Below, in pieces: positions 1 to 13,300 of a stretch of 64,000 nt of DNA (position 1 is its first letter; every line of letters starts with the position of its first letter). A program made the translations under genes and the position numbers. The stretch is from Leucoraja erinacea (Eukaryota). The stretch spans positions 60,946,001 through 61,010,000 of the forward strand of contig NC_073380.1 of assembly GCF_028641065.1 (NCBI RefSeq). The letters run 5' to 3'. The notes under the pieces are model-generated. The model worked only from the letters and a program-made list of their open reading frames with translations. It was not told the origin of the DNA and did no database searches.

Positions 1-465
1 TAGATTCTGGAGTAGTTCCTGAGGATTGGAGGGTAGCTAATGTAACACCACTTTTTAAAAAGGGCGGGAGAGAGAAAACGGGGAATTACAGACCAGTTAG
101 TCTAACGTCGGTAGTGGGGAAACTGCTAGAATCAGTTATTAAAGATGGGATAGCAGCACATTTGGAAAGTGGTGACAGTTTAAGGATAAGGGGGAAATCT
201 TTTAGGACCGAGATGAGAAAAACTTTTTTCACACGGAGAGTGGTGAATCTCTGGAATTCTCTGCTGCAGAAGGTAGTTGAGGCCAGTTCATTGGCTATAT
301 TTAAGAGAGAGTTAGATGTGGCCCTTGTGGCTAAAGGGATCAGGGGTATGGAGAGAAGGCAGGTACAGGATACTGAGTTGGATGATCAACCATGATCATA
401 TTGAATGACGGTGCAGGCTCGAAGGGCCGAATGGCCTACTCCTGCACCTATTTTCTATGTTTCTA
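1..465 (+). mobile_element. CR1 LINE fragment: RT N-terminal part fused to the 3' end (internal deletion)
   Basis: Reads ...RVANVTPLFKKGGREKTGNYRPVSLTSVVGKLLE, then jumps at ~175 to the C-terminal RTEMRKTFFTRRVVNLWNSL. Ends in the CR1 tail gggccgaatggcctactcctgcacct...(tttctatg)n. Confidence 0.9.
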
Positions 466-619
466 TAACAGCATGAATATAATCTGATTTCCATACATGA
501 ATATAGTCTTTCATGTGCTGCACCTGTTGATCAGAGCCTGGCTCTATTGTGGAATGTAATTAGGAATGTAAGTTAGCCTTACCTATTCATACCTAATCCA
601 ATTTAAAGCATAAATGTTG

Positions 620-790
620 CATTCAAATGCAAGTTAAAAGACTCGCTAAAGTATGCACCAGATTGCACAATTTCAAGCTGAAAAATGCAAAAGCTCCCTA
701 CCGTGGGAGGGGGAACACCCCCCCACCCCCGGTCGCTACGCTCCCTCGCAATGTCTCACTCTCAACTCTCACCCAATGTTGGCAGCCCTG
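620..790. mobile_element. hAT-like DNA transposon terminal fragment
   Basis: Ends in caatgttggcagccctg (reverse complement CAGGGCTGCCAAC). Subterminal layout resembles the hAT end at 40250-40328. Confidence 0.5.
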
Positions 791-876
791 TCTTACCTCT
801 CATTTTCAGTCCCCCCGCTCCCCACTTTTTTACAATTAGTCTGAAATATGGTCTCGACGTGAAACGACGTAGTGTC

Positions 877-910
877 CAAAGATTATAGAGGAGCTCCTCT
901 ATAATCTTTG
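877..910. mobile_element. 34-bp palindromic element (17+17 bp) with 8-bp TSD; P/hAT-type footprint or micro-MITE, copy 1
   Basis: CAAAGATTATAGAGGAG|CTCCTCTATAATCTTTG, flanked by gtagtgtc at 869-876 and 911-918. Confidence 0.85.
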
Positions 911-999
911 GTAGTGTCCATATCCTCCTCAGATGCTGCCTGCCGCGCTGAGTTATAGCAGTACTTTGTATTTTCGCTCAAGATTTCTGCAGCTGCAGT

Positions 1000-1273
1000 T
1001 GTCGTGTCCCCGGCTGCAAACATTGCATTGATGCGGGGGGGCGCTGGCGAGCGGAATACTACTACGCCTGCGCCAGAATGGGAGGCACGTGGGCGGGACC
1101 AAAGATACTAGAGGAGCTCCTATAGGATCTTTGGGCGGGACGAGGTCCGGGCGCGCGCACCAACTGTCACAGGCTCCCGCGCGCACCAACTGTCAAAGGG
1201 AATCTCTCTCTCTCTAGCTCTCGCGCGCGCGCACGCGCACAATCCCCCCGACTGTGACAGGCGCCCGGTCGCG
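1000..1273 (+). promoter_or_regulatory. MCMDC2 CpG-rich promoter/5' region
   Basis: GC/CpG-rich stretch directly upstream of the ATG. Contains E-box CACGTG (1085-1090), GGCGGGA twice, and CCAACTGTCA twice (1160-1169, 1186-1195). Confidence 0.7.
1100..1133. mobile_element. 34-bp quasi-palindromic element with 8-bp TSD, copy 2
   Basis: CAAAGATACTAGAGGAG|CTCCTATAGGATCTTTG, flanked by ggcgggac at 1092-1099 and 1134-1141. Confidence 0.85.
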
Positions 1274-1373
1274 ATGGCACCCGAGGATGTGGCGCTGAAG
1301 GAGGCGGCTCTCATCTACCTGGACAGGACTGGGGGGCTACACAGGTTCATCAACGACTGCAGGCGCTACAATG
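1274..1373 (+). CDS. MCMDC2: MCMDC2 coding exon 1
   Basis: [33 protein letters not shown]; donor G|gtaatt. Confidence 0.92.
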
Positions 1374-4300
1374 GTAATTTGTCCAAATGAAAAACACCTC
1401 TGATACATTTGCACTATTATTGTTTGTTTTTGTGTATGTGTGTGCATGCATGCATATGCGTGTATATGTATTTATTTATATAAATGTGTCTATAGACGCA
1501 TATATATTTTAAAAAAGTGCATCTGTATATGCACATTTTTTTCTCGTTTATTATTTTGTAGCAATGTTACAAAATTTTGAGATTTAAAAAATCAAGCCTG
1601 CAATTTATCCCATCAGATAAAGGATAAATATGTTTAATTTGACACCTAATTCACTATCATATCTTCAGTATTAAAAAGGTTATGGCCATTTTCATACTTG
1701 GAAATTAGCATCTTCCCTATTGCTTTTCCATTGACTTAACACAAAAGCTGTGATCGAGGACAGTCAAAAGCCCATAACTTACTTAAATATTAAGAGAACT
1801 GAAATAATTGTTCAGTTATTATGGATTGAAGCATTCTGAACCAAATATGAAACAATCTTACTTGGGTGACCTGAAATTAAAGCATATAATTAGTTACCTA
1901 ATTGTAGCTAATTACAAAATTCAATTACTAGATCTAAACATCTATCCATGTTTAGGGTGAACAAGAGGAAGCGGATTGAACTTTTTTGCCTTCCCTCACA
2001 GTGGGAAACGTTGATTCCGCTGTGGGGGGATGTTTTTATGTTTAATGTTAAATTCTATAGTGTTATGTTTATCTTATTTGTGTGCTGCATGGTAACTCAA
2101 ATTTCACTGTACCAATTGGTGTATGTGACATTAAATGTCCTTTGTCCTCTCCTCTTTCAGCATTGTAAAGGGATTGCTCCCTTTGTGAGTCCCTGATCTA
2201 TTCTTCCATTTCTACTGACCGATCTCAATGCACTTTTACGTGTTTGCATGGGAAAGTGATTGGTAAGGAAGGAAAAGTGGATCAGGGAGTGATTCCTTCT
2301 AAATACTGAAAGGGTCAGGTAACAATTGTAGGGATAAAATCTTGTTGGAGCTGGCATTATTGTAATATTTACTAACTGACCAGATTGCATGTACATTTAT
2401 ATTGGGACTCTTGTAGGATCAGAAATTATGTATTTGGTTTAACATTTGTTTATTTTACAGATTCCAAACAGTGTCATGCTGTATATCGCTTCATTATTTA
2501 TGTGAATCCAGCTGATCTTACAGAGTTGGATGCAAGTCTTGGGAACTGTGTTCTTCATCAGCCAATAAGAGCTACATATTTGTTTCAGTCTGTGAGTAAA
2601 TATTCCTGAATTATGCCAGTGGTGTACAAACCGTGATATTTACATTTTCATTTCAAGGTTTCCCAGTTTACATCTGATTGATGCCAGTTTACAGAGATTA
2701 AACAGTTTAAGAATGTGTTTTTCAGGTATGCTTTACATCTATCAAGACTTTGTCATTAATTCCACAATTAGAAACAGAAAATCAGGTAAGTAGGCATATT
2801 AAGTTCCAATTAAAATTAACCATGTTTAATGAATGGGTTGCACAGTAATCCTTCATATATAAGATGTAAGTAATAGGCTAGATTGGACTAATGCCAGGCT
2901 TGCAGATCCAAAGAGCCAGCTAGCTGGCAGCACACCTGTGCATGGAAATTGGACTAATGCCAGGCTTGCAGATCCAAAGAGCCAGCTAGCTGGCAGCACA
3001 CCTGTGCATAGAAATGCAGCATGAACTAGGGTTCAGCTCTGGGCACATCTGAGCCTCCCTGTCACTAGACTTTCCTCTGAATCATGGGGTCCTCATAAGC
3101 TATTGAACGGAGGGCAGGATTCACGTTGTATCTGCCCCCATAACCTTACACAGGGCATAACTGCATCTTGCACTGTCCAAGTAATTTGAGGGGGTAATTG
3201 AGCTTTATTCAATAATATTTTTAGACCTGCATGAATATTTTAATTAACTTGTGTCAGTTAAAAAGTATTTTTAAATGATTTATTTGACATTTAAGATATT
3301 TTTCTGTATGAGCTATGATAGTTGTGAGGCATAAGGCAGTCATGCAATACATTTTTTGAAGCTGTTTCACATTGCAGTGTCAGTCAAGGATCCTACATCA
3401 AAAGCCCTGGATGCAGTATAAATATCAACAAAATAAGTATGTTAATGTCCCACCAATATTGTAAGATTTCACTTCCACTGATACCTATGAATTCCTCCCC
3501 ACCCAACCTTCTCTGGGACTTCAAACAACTTGTTTTCTCTCCCAATTCTGATTAGGGATCTGTGACTTATGTTGCCTGGTCTAGTTCTAACAATTTCTTT
3601 CAAATCGTTGTGATTATTTCAAGTAGCTTCATATTTATAATTATCCAGTTTATGGTACAGCTATAAATGGTTAAAATAAAATGTTAACAGAATTGAATAT
3701 TTTCTATTGCACTTTTCCTTTTATTCTCTTCCCACCTCCACTTTAACAGTACGTGCCAGACAGCATCATGTAAGCAAACATGATGCTTGCTCAGACGTGG
3801 CAGTCCTGTCCAGCTCCTGCTCTCCACACCTGGAACACCTGGTGGTGAAGTGCCGTCCCTTCTACCTCCCAAGGGAATTCACATCCATCATCCTGACCGC
3901 GGTCTACATCCCACCCCAGGCAGACGTCCGTCTGGCACTGGAGGAGCTGCACGCCGTGGTCAACAAACACCAGACGTCTTACCCCGAGGCATTTACCACC
4001 ATTGCCGGGGGCTTCAATAAGGCAAACCTAAAGAAATCACTCCCTGACTTCCACCAACATGTCTCCTGCTGCACCAGAGGACCAAACACCCTCGACCACT
4101 GTTACACCACCATCAAGAATTCCTATCGCTCTATCCCTCTCCCTCACTTCGGTAAATCCGACCATACCGTGGTGCTGCTTCTTCCTGCCTACAGGCAGCA
4201 ATTAAAGAGCGCACCCCCAGAGGTGAGGACAGTACAGAGCTGGTTGGGGGGTGCAGAGGAACAACTACAGGACTGTTTGGAGTCTGTAGACTGGGCAATG

Positions 4301-7300
4301 TTTAAGGACTCGGCAACGGACTTGAACGAATACGCCACAGTCGTTACAGATTTCATTAAGAAATGGGTGGAGGACTGCATCCCCACCAAAACCTTCCTAG
4401 TGTTTCCCAATCAGAAACCTTGGATGAACTCTGAGATCCGCACTCTTCTGAAGACCAGACACCGGGCATTCATGTCTGATGATACAGTGGTCTACAAGAA
4501 GTCCAGGTACGACCTTGGTAAGGCCATCAAAAAGGCCAAAAGGGACCTGCTCCAAGCTGGAGGATGTTCGGCACCTGTGGCGGGGCCTGAATGCAATCAC
4601 CTACTACAAGGCGAAATCAAGAGGCAGGTCAATTGTCCGCGAAACATCACTCCCGGATGAGCTCAATGCGTTTTACGCACGCTTTGATAGCGAGAACAAC
4701 GATGTGCCTTCCCGAGCCCCCATTCACTGTGCTGGTATTTCCGTCTCAGTCACAGAGGCCGACATCAGGAAATCCTTCAGAGGGGTGAATCCTCGAAAAG
4801 CGCCTGGACCTGATGGTATACCCGGTCGTGTTCTAAAAACCTGTGCGGACCAACTGGCTGGAGTTTTTACGGACATTTTCAACCTCTCACTTCTGAGGTT
4901 CCCACCTGCTTCAGAAGGGCATCAATTATATCAGTGCCCAAGATGAGTAAGGTGACGTGCCTCAATGACTATCGACCTGTGGCACTAACGCCAGTGGTGA
5001 TGAAGTACTTTGAGAGGTTGATCATGGCGCAAATCAACTCCTACCTTGACAAAAACTGGACCCACTGCAGTTCGCTTACCGCCACAACAAATCAACGGTG
5101 GATGTGATCTCGCTGGCCCTCCATTTCGCTCTAGACCACTTGGACAACAAAAACTCATATGTCAGGCGGTTATTCATTGATTACAGCTCGGCATTTAATA
5201 CTATCATCCCCTCCAAGCTGGTTACCAAACTCGCAGAACTGGATCTCTGCGCATCCCTCTGCAATTGGATCCTCGACTTCCTCATTCACAGACTAGTCTG
5301 TTCATATTGGTGGAAATGTGTCAAACTCGATAACGATCAGCACGGGAGCACCTCAAGGCTGCGTGCTCAGCCCCCTGCTGTACTCACTCTATACTCATGA
5401 CTGTGTAGCCGGTCATAGTGCGAACTCCATCATCAAGTTCGCTGACGACACCACTGTTGTGGGACGTATCACTGATGGGGATGAGTCAGAGTATAGAAGA
5501 GAGATCGAGCAACTGTCCATATGGTGCCAGCACAATAACCTGGTCCAACACCAGCAAAACCAAGGAACTGATTGTGGACTTTGGAAGGAGTAGGATGGGG
5601 ATCCACAGTCCCGTTTATATCAACAGGTTGATGGTTGAAAGGGTCAAGAGCTTCAAATTCCTGGGCGTGCACATTCTCTGAAGATCTTTCCTGGTCCGAG
5701 AACACTGATATAATTATCAAGAAAGCACATCAGCGCCTCTACTTCCTGAGAAGATTACGGAGAGTCGGTTTGTCAAGGAGGACTCTCTAACTTCTACAGG
5801 TGCACAGTGGAGAGCATGCTGACCGGTTGCATCGTGGTTTGATTCGGCAACTTGAGCGTCCTGGAGAGGAAAAGGCTACAAAAAGTAGTAAACACTGCCC
5901 AGTCCATCATCGACTCTGACCTCCCTTCCATCGAGGGGATTTATCGCAGTCGCTGCCTCAAAAAGGCTGGCAGTATCATCAAAGACCCACACCATCGTGG
6001 CCACACACTCATCTCCCTGCTACCTTCAGGTAAGGTACAGGAGCCTGAAGACTGCAACGACCAGGTTCAGGAATAGCTACTTCCCCACAGCCATCAGGCT
6101 ATTAAACTTGGCTCGGACAAAACTCTGAACATTAATAGCCCATTATCTGTTATTTGCACTTCATCAGTTTATTTATTCATATGTGTATATATTTATATAA
6201 TGGTATATGGACACACTGATCTGTTTTGTAGTCAATGCCTACTATGTTCTGTTGTGCTGAAGCAAAGCAAGAATTTCATTGTCCTATCAGGGCCACATGA
6301 CAATAAACTCACTTGAACTTGAATAATACTGCTGCACAACACTGACACTAAATTGTATTAATGAAATTATAGAGTGATTTAATCAAAATCCAATTGTTAG
6401 AAGAAAGCAATCCACTAATCTTCATCTTTATGTTCAAGGTTAATGTTGTGCTAAAGCTTACACACTTACCTTCATTGCCAAATTACTCACTTGACCTTTG
6501 TCAATTCCCCCGTGGATATCAGTTACTGAGATATTATACGGTCGAAGGAGTGGTTACTGCACTGACAACTGTGACAAAATACACACAAGGTGCAAGATTC
6601 CTATGCTCTGAATCAAACTGCCCCTTTTCAACAGGTAAGAAAAATAGACAACGGGAAACTTAATAAAAACGTGCTTTGCATGTGTTATTTATTTTACCAT
6701 TTATTACACTTCTAATTATAATTTGATTTGATATCCTTGGAACATAAATCTGGAAATGTTGAAATATTTACAAGTAATAATTGCAATCTGTTTTATAATT
6801 AAGTTAGGAAGTTCTTTCTCAGTATTTTATTCCAAACCTCACATGGTTTTAAATGTTTTTCTTCCTGGATTAGTCATAGAATCTTACTCCGTGGAAGCAG
6901 GCCCTTCGGCCCAACTTGCCCACACCGGCCAATATGTCCCATTTATACTAGTCCCATCTGCCTGCATTTGGCCCATATTCCTCTAAATGTGCCCTATCCA
7001 TGTACCTGTCTAAATTTTTCTTAAACATTGCAATAATACCTGCTTCAACTACCTCCTCCAGTAGATCAATTCCTACACCTACCACCCATTGTGTGAAAAA
7101 GTTACCCCTCAGGTTCCTATTAAATCTTTCCCTCCCCACTCAAGTTAAACCTACGTCCTCTGGTTCTCAATTCTCTTACTCTGAGCAAGAGGCTCTGTGC
7201 GTCTACCCGATCTATTCCTCTCATGAATTTGTACACCACTATCAGATCACCCCTCATCCTCCTGTGCTCCAAGGAGTAGAGTCCTAGTCTGCTCAACCTC

Positions 7301-10300
7301 TCCCTATAGCTCAGGCCCACGAGTCCTGGCAAGATCCTCGTAAACCTTCTCTGCACCCTTGCAGCTTTCCTATAACGCTGTCCAAAACTGAACGCAATAC
7401 TCTAAATACGGCCTCACCAGCGTCTTATACAACTGCAACATGACTTCCCAATTTCTATACTCAATGCTCTGACTGATGAAAGCCAATGTGCCAAAAACCT
7501 TTTTGACCACCCTATCTAACTGTGATGTTACTTTCAATGAACTCTGTACCTGTACTCCTACATTTCTCTGCTCTACAACACTCCCCAGAGCCCCACCATT
7601 CACTGTGTAGGTTCTGCCCATGTTATTGCTCCCAAAACACAACATCTCTGTATTAAATTCCATCAACCATTCCTCAGCCCACCTGCCCAACTGATCAAGA
7701 TCATGCTGCAATTTTTGACAACCGTCTTCACCATCTACAATACCTCCCATTTTTATATAATCTGCAAACTTGCTGCCATGTACGTTCTTATCTAAATCAT
7801 TGATATAAATATATATAACAGCAGTGGGCCCAGTACCGAACCCTGAAGCACACCACTAGTCACAGGCCTCCAGTCTGAAAAGCAACCTTCTACCATCACC
7901 CTCTAATTCATTCCATGAAGCCAATTTTTTTATCCATTCAACTATTTCTCCTTGAATCCCATGAGATCTAACCTAAAGCAGCCTTCCATGTGAAACCTTG
8001 TCAAATGCCTTACTAAAATCCATGTATACGTCTACAGCTCTGCCTTCAAAAACCTTTTTGGTCACATCTTCAAAAAACGCAATCAGATTCGTGAGACACG
8101 ACCTCTCACGTACGAAACCATGTTGACTATTCCTAATTAGCCCTTGTCCATCTAAGTGCATGTATATCCTATCCCTCAGAATACTCTCTAGTAACTTTAC
8201 AATCAGATATTAAGCTCACTTGCCTGTAGTTCCCAGACTTTTCTCTGCAGCCCTTCTTAAATAGAGGCACGTTTACCTCCCTCCAGTCTTCTGGCACCTC
8301 GTCTGTATTTAACCACGACTCATTAATCTTAGCGAGGGCTCCTGCAAATTCCTTTCTAGCTACCCACAGCGTCCTCAGATATATCTAATCAAGCCCGGAA
8401 GAATTGTCGATCTTCATGCACGTTGGGATCTTCAGCACATCTGCGTCCATAATATTGACTGCTCTCGAGATACTTGAGAGCAAGATCCCCCGTCTTCTTG
8501 TCTTTTTCCACGATAAAAACGGAAGAAATACTTATTGAGGACCTTGTCCATCTCCTGTGGCTCCACAGAGTTGACTGCTTTTATTCCTGGGGTCCCACTC
8601 TCTTTCTGGTTACCCTTTTCCCCTTTAGGTGCTTTTAATGCTCTGCAGCGGACAGGAGCCCTTCAAAGGGTCATCAACACCGCACAAAAAATCACTGGCT
8701 GCCCACTGCCCTCCCTGAAGGACATCTTCAGCTCTCGCTGCCTTGGCAGGGCAGCCAACATCCTGAAGGACCCTCCCCACACTGGACACAACCTGTTCCA
8801 CCTGCTGCCCTCTGACAGACGGTACAGGTCTTTCAAAACTCGCACAAACAAACACAGAGACAGCTTCTACCCCATAGCCATACGTGAACATAACAATGCA
8901 AAATAAGAAATAACACTCACATTCAACTGAATGGTTCTACCTCAGCTGCTATTGTTATTTATCTGTAATTTTTTTTAATATATATATATTTTTACCTTTT
9001 CTTATATATTTAAAATTGCTCTTGTGAAGCGCACCGTGGGATTGACTTTTAAATGTTGTTGTACCATGTGCAATGACAATAAAGAGATTCATTCATTCAT
9101 TCATAAAATTGTTGTTTATAAAATGTGATTGTTTGATGACATATTACCGTTGCCATCGCTCTATGTGTACAATTCTTTAGACAACTTCAGGGAATCATCT
9201 ACATTTGCAAAGTGCCTATCACACCCTTAACAGAACCCAGTTAAAATGCAGTCTTTAATTTATTTTTAATGCAAGTGCTGCCACAGATCCAGGCTGTTAT
9301 TTTAATAAATATTAGCAACCACCCTTATGGAGGCCACCTTTTATCAGTAGGTAATTTTATTTAAGGTAGCTTATTATCTAATACTAAAGCACTGTACATT
9401 TGTATGGTTCCTGAGTCATAGAGCCACAGTACAGAAACAAGCCCCTCGGGCCAACTTGTCCATGCCAACTAACTTGTCTATTTGAGCTAGTTCCATGTGC
9501 CTGTGCCTGGTCCTTATCAGTTACACAAGACATTGGTGAGGCCACATTTGCAGTACTGTGATCTGTTTTCGTCACCCTGCTAAAGGAAGGAGACAATTAA
9601 CCTTGAAAATGTGCAGAGATTTACGAGGATGTTGCTAGGACTCGAGTTATAGGGAAAGATTGGACAGACTAGGATGTTTTTTCTTGAAGCACAGGAGACT
9701 GAGGGGTGATCTTATAGAGGTGTATAAAATCTTGAGGGGAATAGATAGAATGATACACAGTATCTTTCCCCATGTTAGGAGAATCAAGAACCAGGGGACA
9801 TACTGTAAGTTTAAGGGAGAGGGACAACCTTTTTGTTCAGAGGGTGGTGGGTATATGAAATTAGTTGCTAGAGAAGATAGTTGAGGCAAGTACTATAAGG
9901 ACAATAAGAAACTTTAGACATTTAAGATACTTAAGATAGATTAAGACGACAGATGCATGGATTCGAAAGGTTTAGAGGGATATGGGACAAACATGGGCAA
10001 ATAGGACCAGCTTTGATGGGCCATCTTGTTTAGCATGGAAGAGTTGGGCTGAGGGGCCTGTTTGTGTGCTGTATGATTCAACAACTCTATTTCCCACCAA
10101 ACTCTTCCTAGCCATGGACCTGTTGAAATGTATTTTAAATATCATAATTGTACCGTCTATAGCTTCTTGTAGCAGCCCATTCCATATATGCACCACCTTG
10201 TGTGAAATAGCTTTAAACCTTTGAAACCATTACCCTCTCACCAGACAATACTGCAAGCAAATGTTTGCACTGATGTTAAGAACGCAGATCATAAAAGAAA

Positions 10301-13300
10301 TGTAAATATTATAAATTTAAGATGTATATCGTTATATCCACAGGCTTTCGGTATATTCGGGTTCATATAGTAGGTGCTACAGAATCGGCAACTGTGCGAA
10401 ATGACTTCACATGCACCTTGTGTGACTCTGCACTTAAGGAAGATGTGAAATTCAGAGTGCTGGGTGGTATGTGCATAATTCTATATATTCCTAATATCTA
10501 CATAAAATAATATTTTGCATATAGAACCTAGAGGCAATTCTAAAACAACAGTGAAAGGGCTTTAGTGTGTGCCTGAAGGACAAAACCTGGTATACTTTGC
10601 TTAATGCATATTGAAAGTATAAACGTGGAATAACATTTTTATGATTAGCAACCTTTACCATTAGCAAGGCATTGCAATTAACCTCAGTAGTCTAATGTTA
10701 GTGACCAACTTTTCATTGTTTACCAAAGATTATTTGTGAATATGTGTGTATTGATGAAGATGGGGTCAGACCAGTATTGGAGATGTTATTATTTGATCGC
10801 TTTTGTTGTTTAGTTTAAACGCTACATTGTTTCTGTTATTCTGGCAAACAAGGTGCATGTGACTGAGCTTGGTACTCGATTTTGAATTTGTCTTGTCTCT
10901 ATGCAAGGGAACATCTATGTAAGTGAAGGGAAGATAGATGGAGAGCAGTTTAATTTGAGGTCCAAAAGGATTGCAGGTGATTTCATGGAGGCCATGAAGG
11001 AATTATGTTGATTGTGCAAGTATAGGATTTTTGTGAGGCCTAAACAGAAGGCTTTTGATAACTTTGAAGAAAGTTTTACTTTTATATTATTCCCTTAAAT
11101 ATTATAAAGCAAATGTAGAAAAAATGTTACTTTCATGTGTTTTGAAAATAATAATGCTCATTTTTTGTGTTGTAATTAATTTTTTAAAATAATGTATTTG
11201 TTTTTAAATTCCATATTCACTTGGAAGGTGTAATTGAAAATGACTTCTGGCTTGTTAAACGTAAAGATTATAACACTGCCTTAATGTAATCTGTGAAATT
11301 TTGATGAGCATGAAAATATTTAACATGTAGTTAAATTTTTTTGAAGGGGGTATGGAGTTCCTTAAGTAATGAAGGATATGTGAAGAATTAGAAGACTATC
11401 ATGGTGTTAACAAGTAAATATATTTAAATAAAAGCATGGCACAATGTTTGGGGGGCTTCCTGGCCAATGCAGAAGTCCGAAACCTGGTGGCTAAGCTTGG
11501 ATGTGATTTCCTACTTATTGGGTTACAACACTGGAGCAGGAGCTTGCTAAGGGTCCCAGCATTTACACTGGGAAATTTGTTTACAGATCCTGCACCAGGT
11601 ATGTCTCAATTTAATGATTAATTTCACACATTATTAACCATAAAGAATTATTTAATTTGTTTAAGTTTATTGAGGAAACATGTGCAAATTCAATATATAT
11701 ATATATATACGGGGGGGAAATTTAAAATATAAAACACATGTGCTTCTGAAATTGCACATTTTCCCACCATGCCACTATCATGTAATTTTTATAAAAAAAG
11801 GTCACAATATTCTCATGTTGCATTTAGCTGGAAATTTACATGTATAATTGTTCATACTACAGGAAGATTAAATCATTGAGGTCCTCAAATCTGTTTTGCC
11901 ATTTAGAATGTTTTGGCTGATTTGTATTACAATTCCAAATATTTTCCTACGCTAATTGCTTCACTTAACAAAAATCTATTGCATTGAGTTTTGACACGTC
12001 TTCAGCCTTTTTGGGGAAAGTTCTGAATTATTCTCCCCCTTGGTTTGAAATAAGTACTTCTTGTTTAATCACTTTTAAATGTTTTGATAAAACAATGGGT
12101 TGTGTCATCCTCATATGCTCTCTAAAGTTTTCTAAAATTGTTTACTTTCAAGACAAACAGCTCGTTGAAATGATTGATGCAGCTGCCCTTGGTGTTATTA
12201 AAGGAAGTCAAGTCAACAAATCATGTTCTAGATATCAGTCTTTTACTGTATTTTTAAGGGGTAAGCCTGCTTTTTTAATTGCAACACCGGGGGCTAGTTT
12301 CGGGTTTCATTTTTATTGAAATAACAAGTAATATTTAAGAATAAGGAGTAAGCCATTTAGAACGGTGACGAGGAAACACATTTTCTCACAGAGAGTGGTG
12401 AGTCTGTGGAATGCTCTGCCTTAGGAGGCAGGTTCTCTGGATACTTTCAAGAGAGAGCGAGATAGGGCTCTTAAAAATAGCGGAGTCAGGGGATATGGGG
12501 AGAAGGCAGGAACAGGGTACTGATTGGGGATGGTCAGCCATGATCACATTGAATGGTGGTGTTGGCTCGAAGGGCCTACACCTGTATCTATTGTCTATTT
12601 CAAGATTAGCAATCTCAAATGTTTTAAGTTTTAAGTGTCTTTGTTGCCGACTCATTTTGGCCAGCTTATCTCTAAGAATGAATACCACTTCAAACTGTTT
12701 TCTTAATTTGTGTACCAGGACCCATAATGTAATCAGTAAAACAAAACTTGGAAAGCAAACTTAAAAAATTAGCACTGGGAAAATCCAACACGTTTCAATT
12801 GCACAGTTCTTCTTTCCATTGGTATCTTAGGTTTGGCTTCTTTTATGTCCAAGGTTAAAGACAAACTAAGGCAAGGGATTTGTTCGCACAAAGATGAAGT
12901 CATTTTAACTTCTCTGGGCAGGAAGAGACTTTTTAAAAAAAATCAGAAGGTTATCCCGTACTAGCTTTTGTGGAAATGGAGACAGAATTTGAATTCCTCA
13001 TTGAGGCAGCATGCTTCATGGTGGAAGTGCACTTCACGTATAACACTGGGTAGTTCTGATATGCTATTTTTGTCTTATAGTTCAGTTTTTTCTTTTTTGC
13101 ATAATGTACATTACATTGTATGCTGACACCACAGAAGCTCTTTCCCTGATTTTCCACAAATTTGTAGCAGTCTAAGTGACGACAGTATTGTTGTCATTTT
13201 TTGTTCACGGTTGCATGTGGAGAAAGGACAGCACTAACTGAAATACTGCATAGAAGCTCGAGGTTTTCAATAAAATGATAACTTAAATCAAACAAGAAGC

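Noticed and set aside
3707-6076. Active LINE
   Set aside because: 5'-truncated with several frameshifts and stops; the CR1 at 32018-33297 is likewise truncated with a premature stop.
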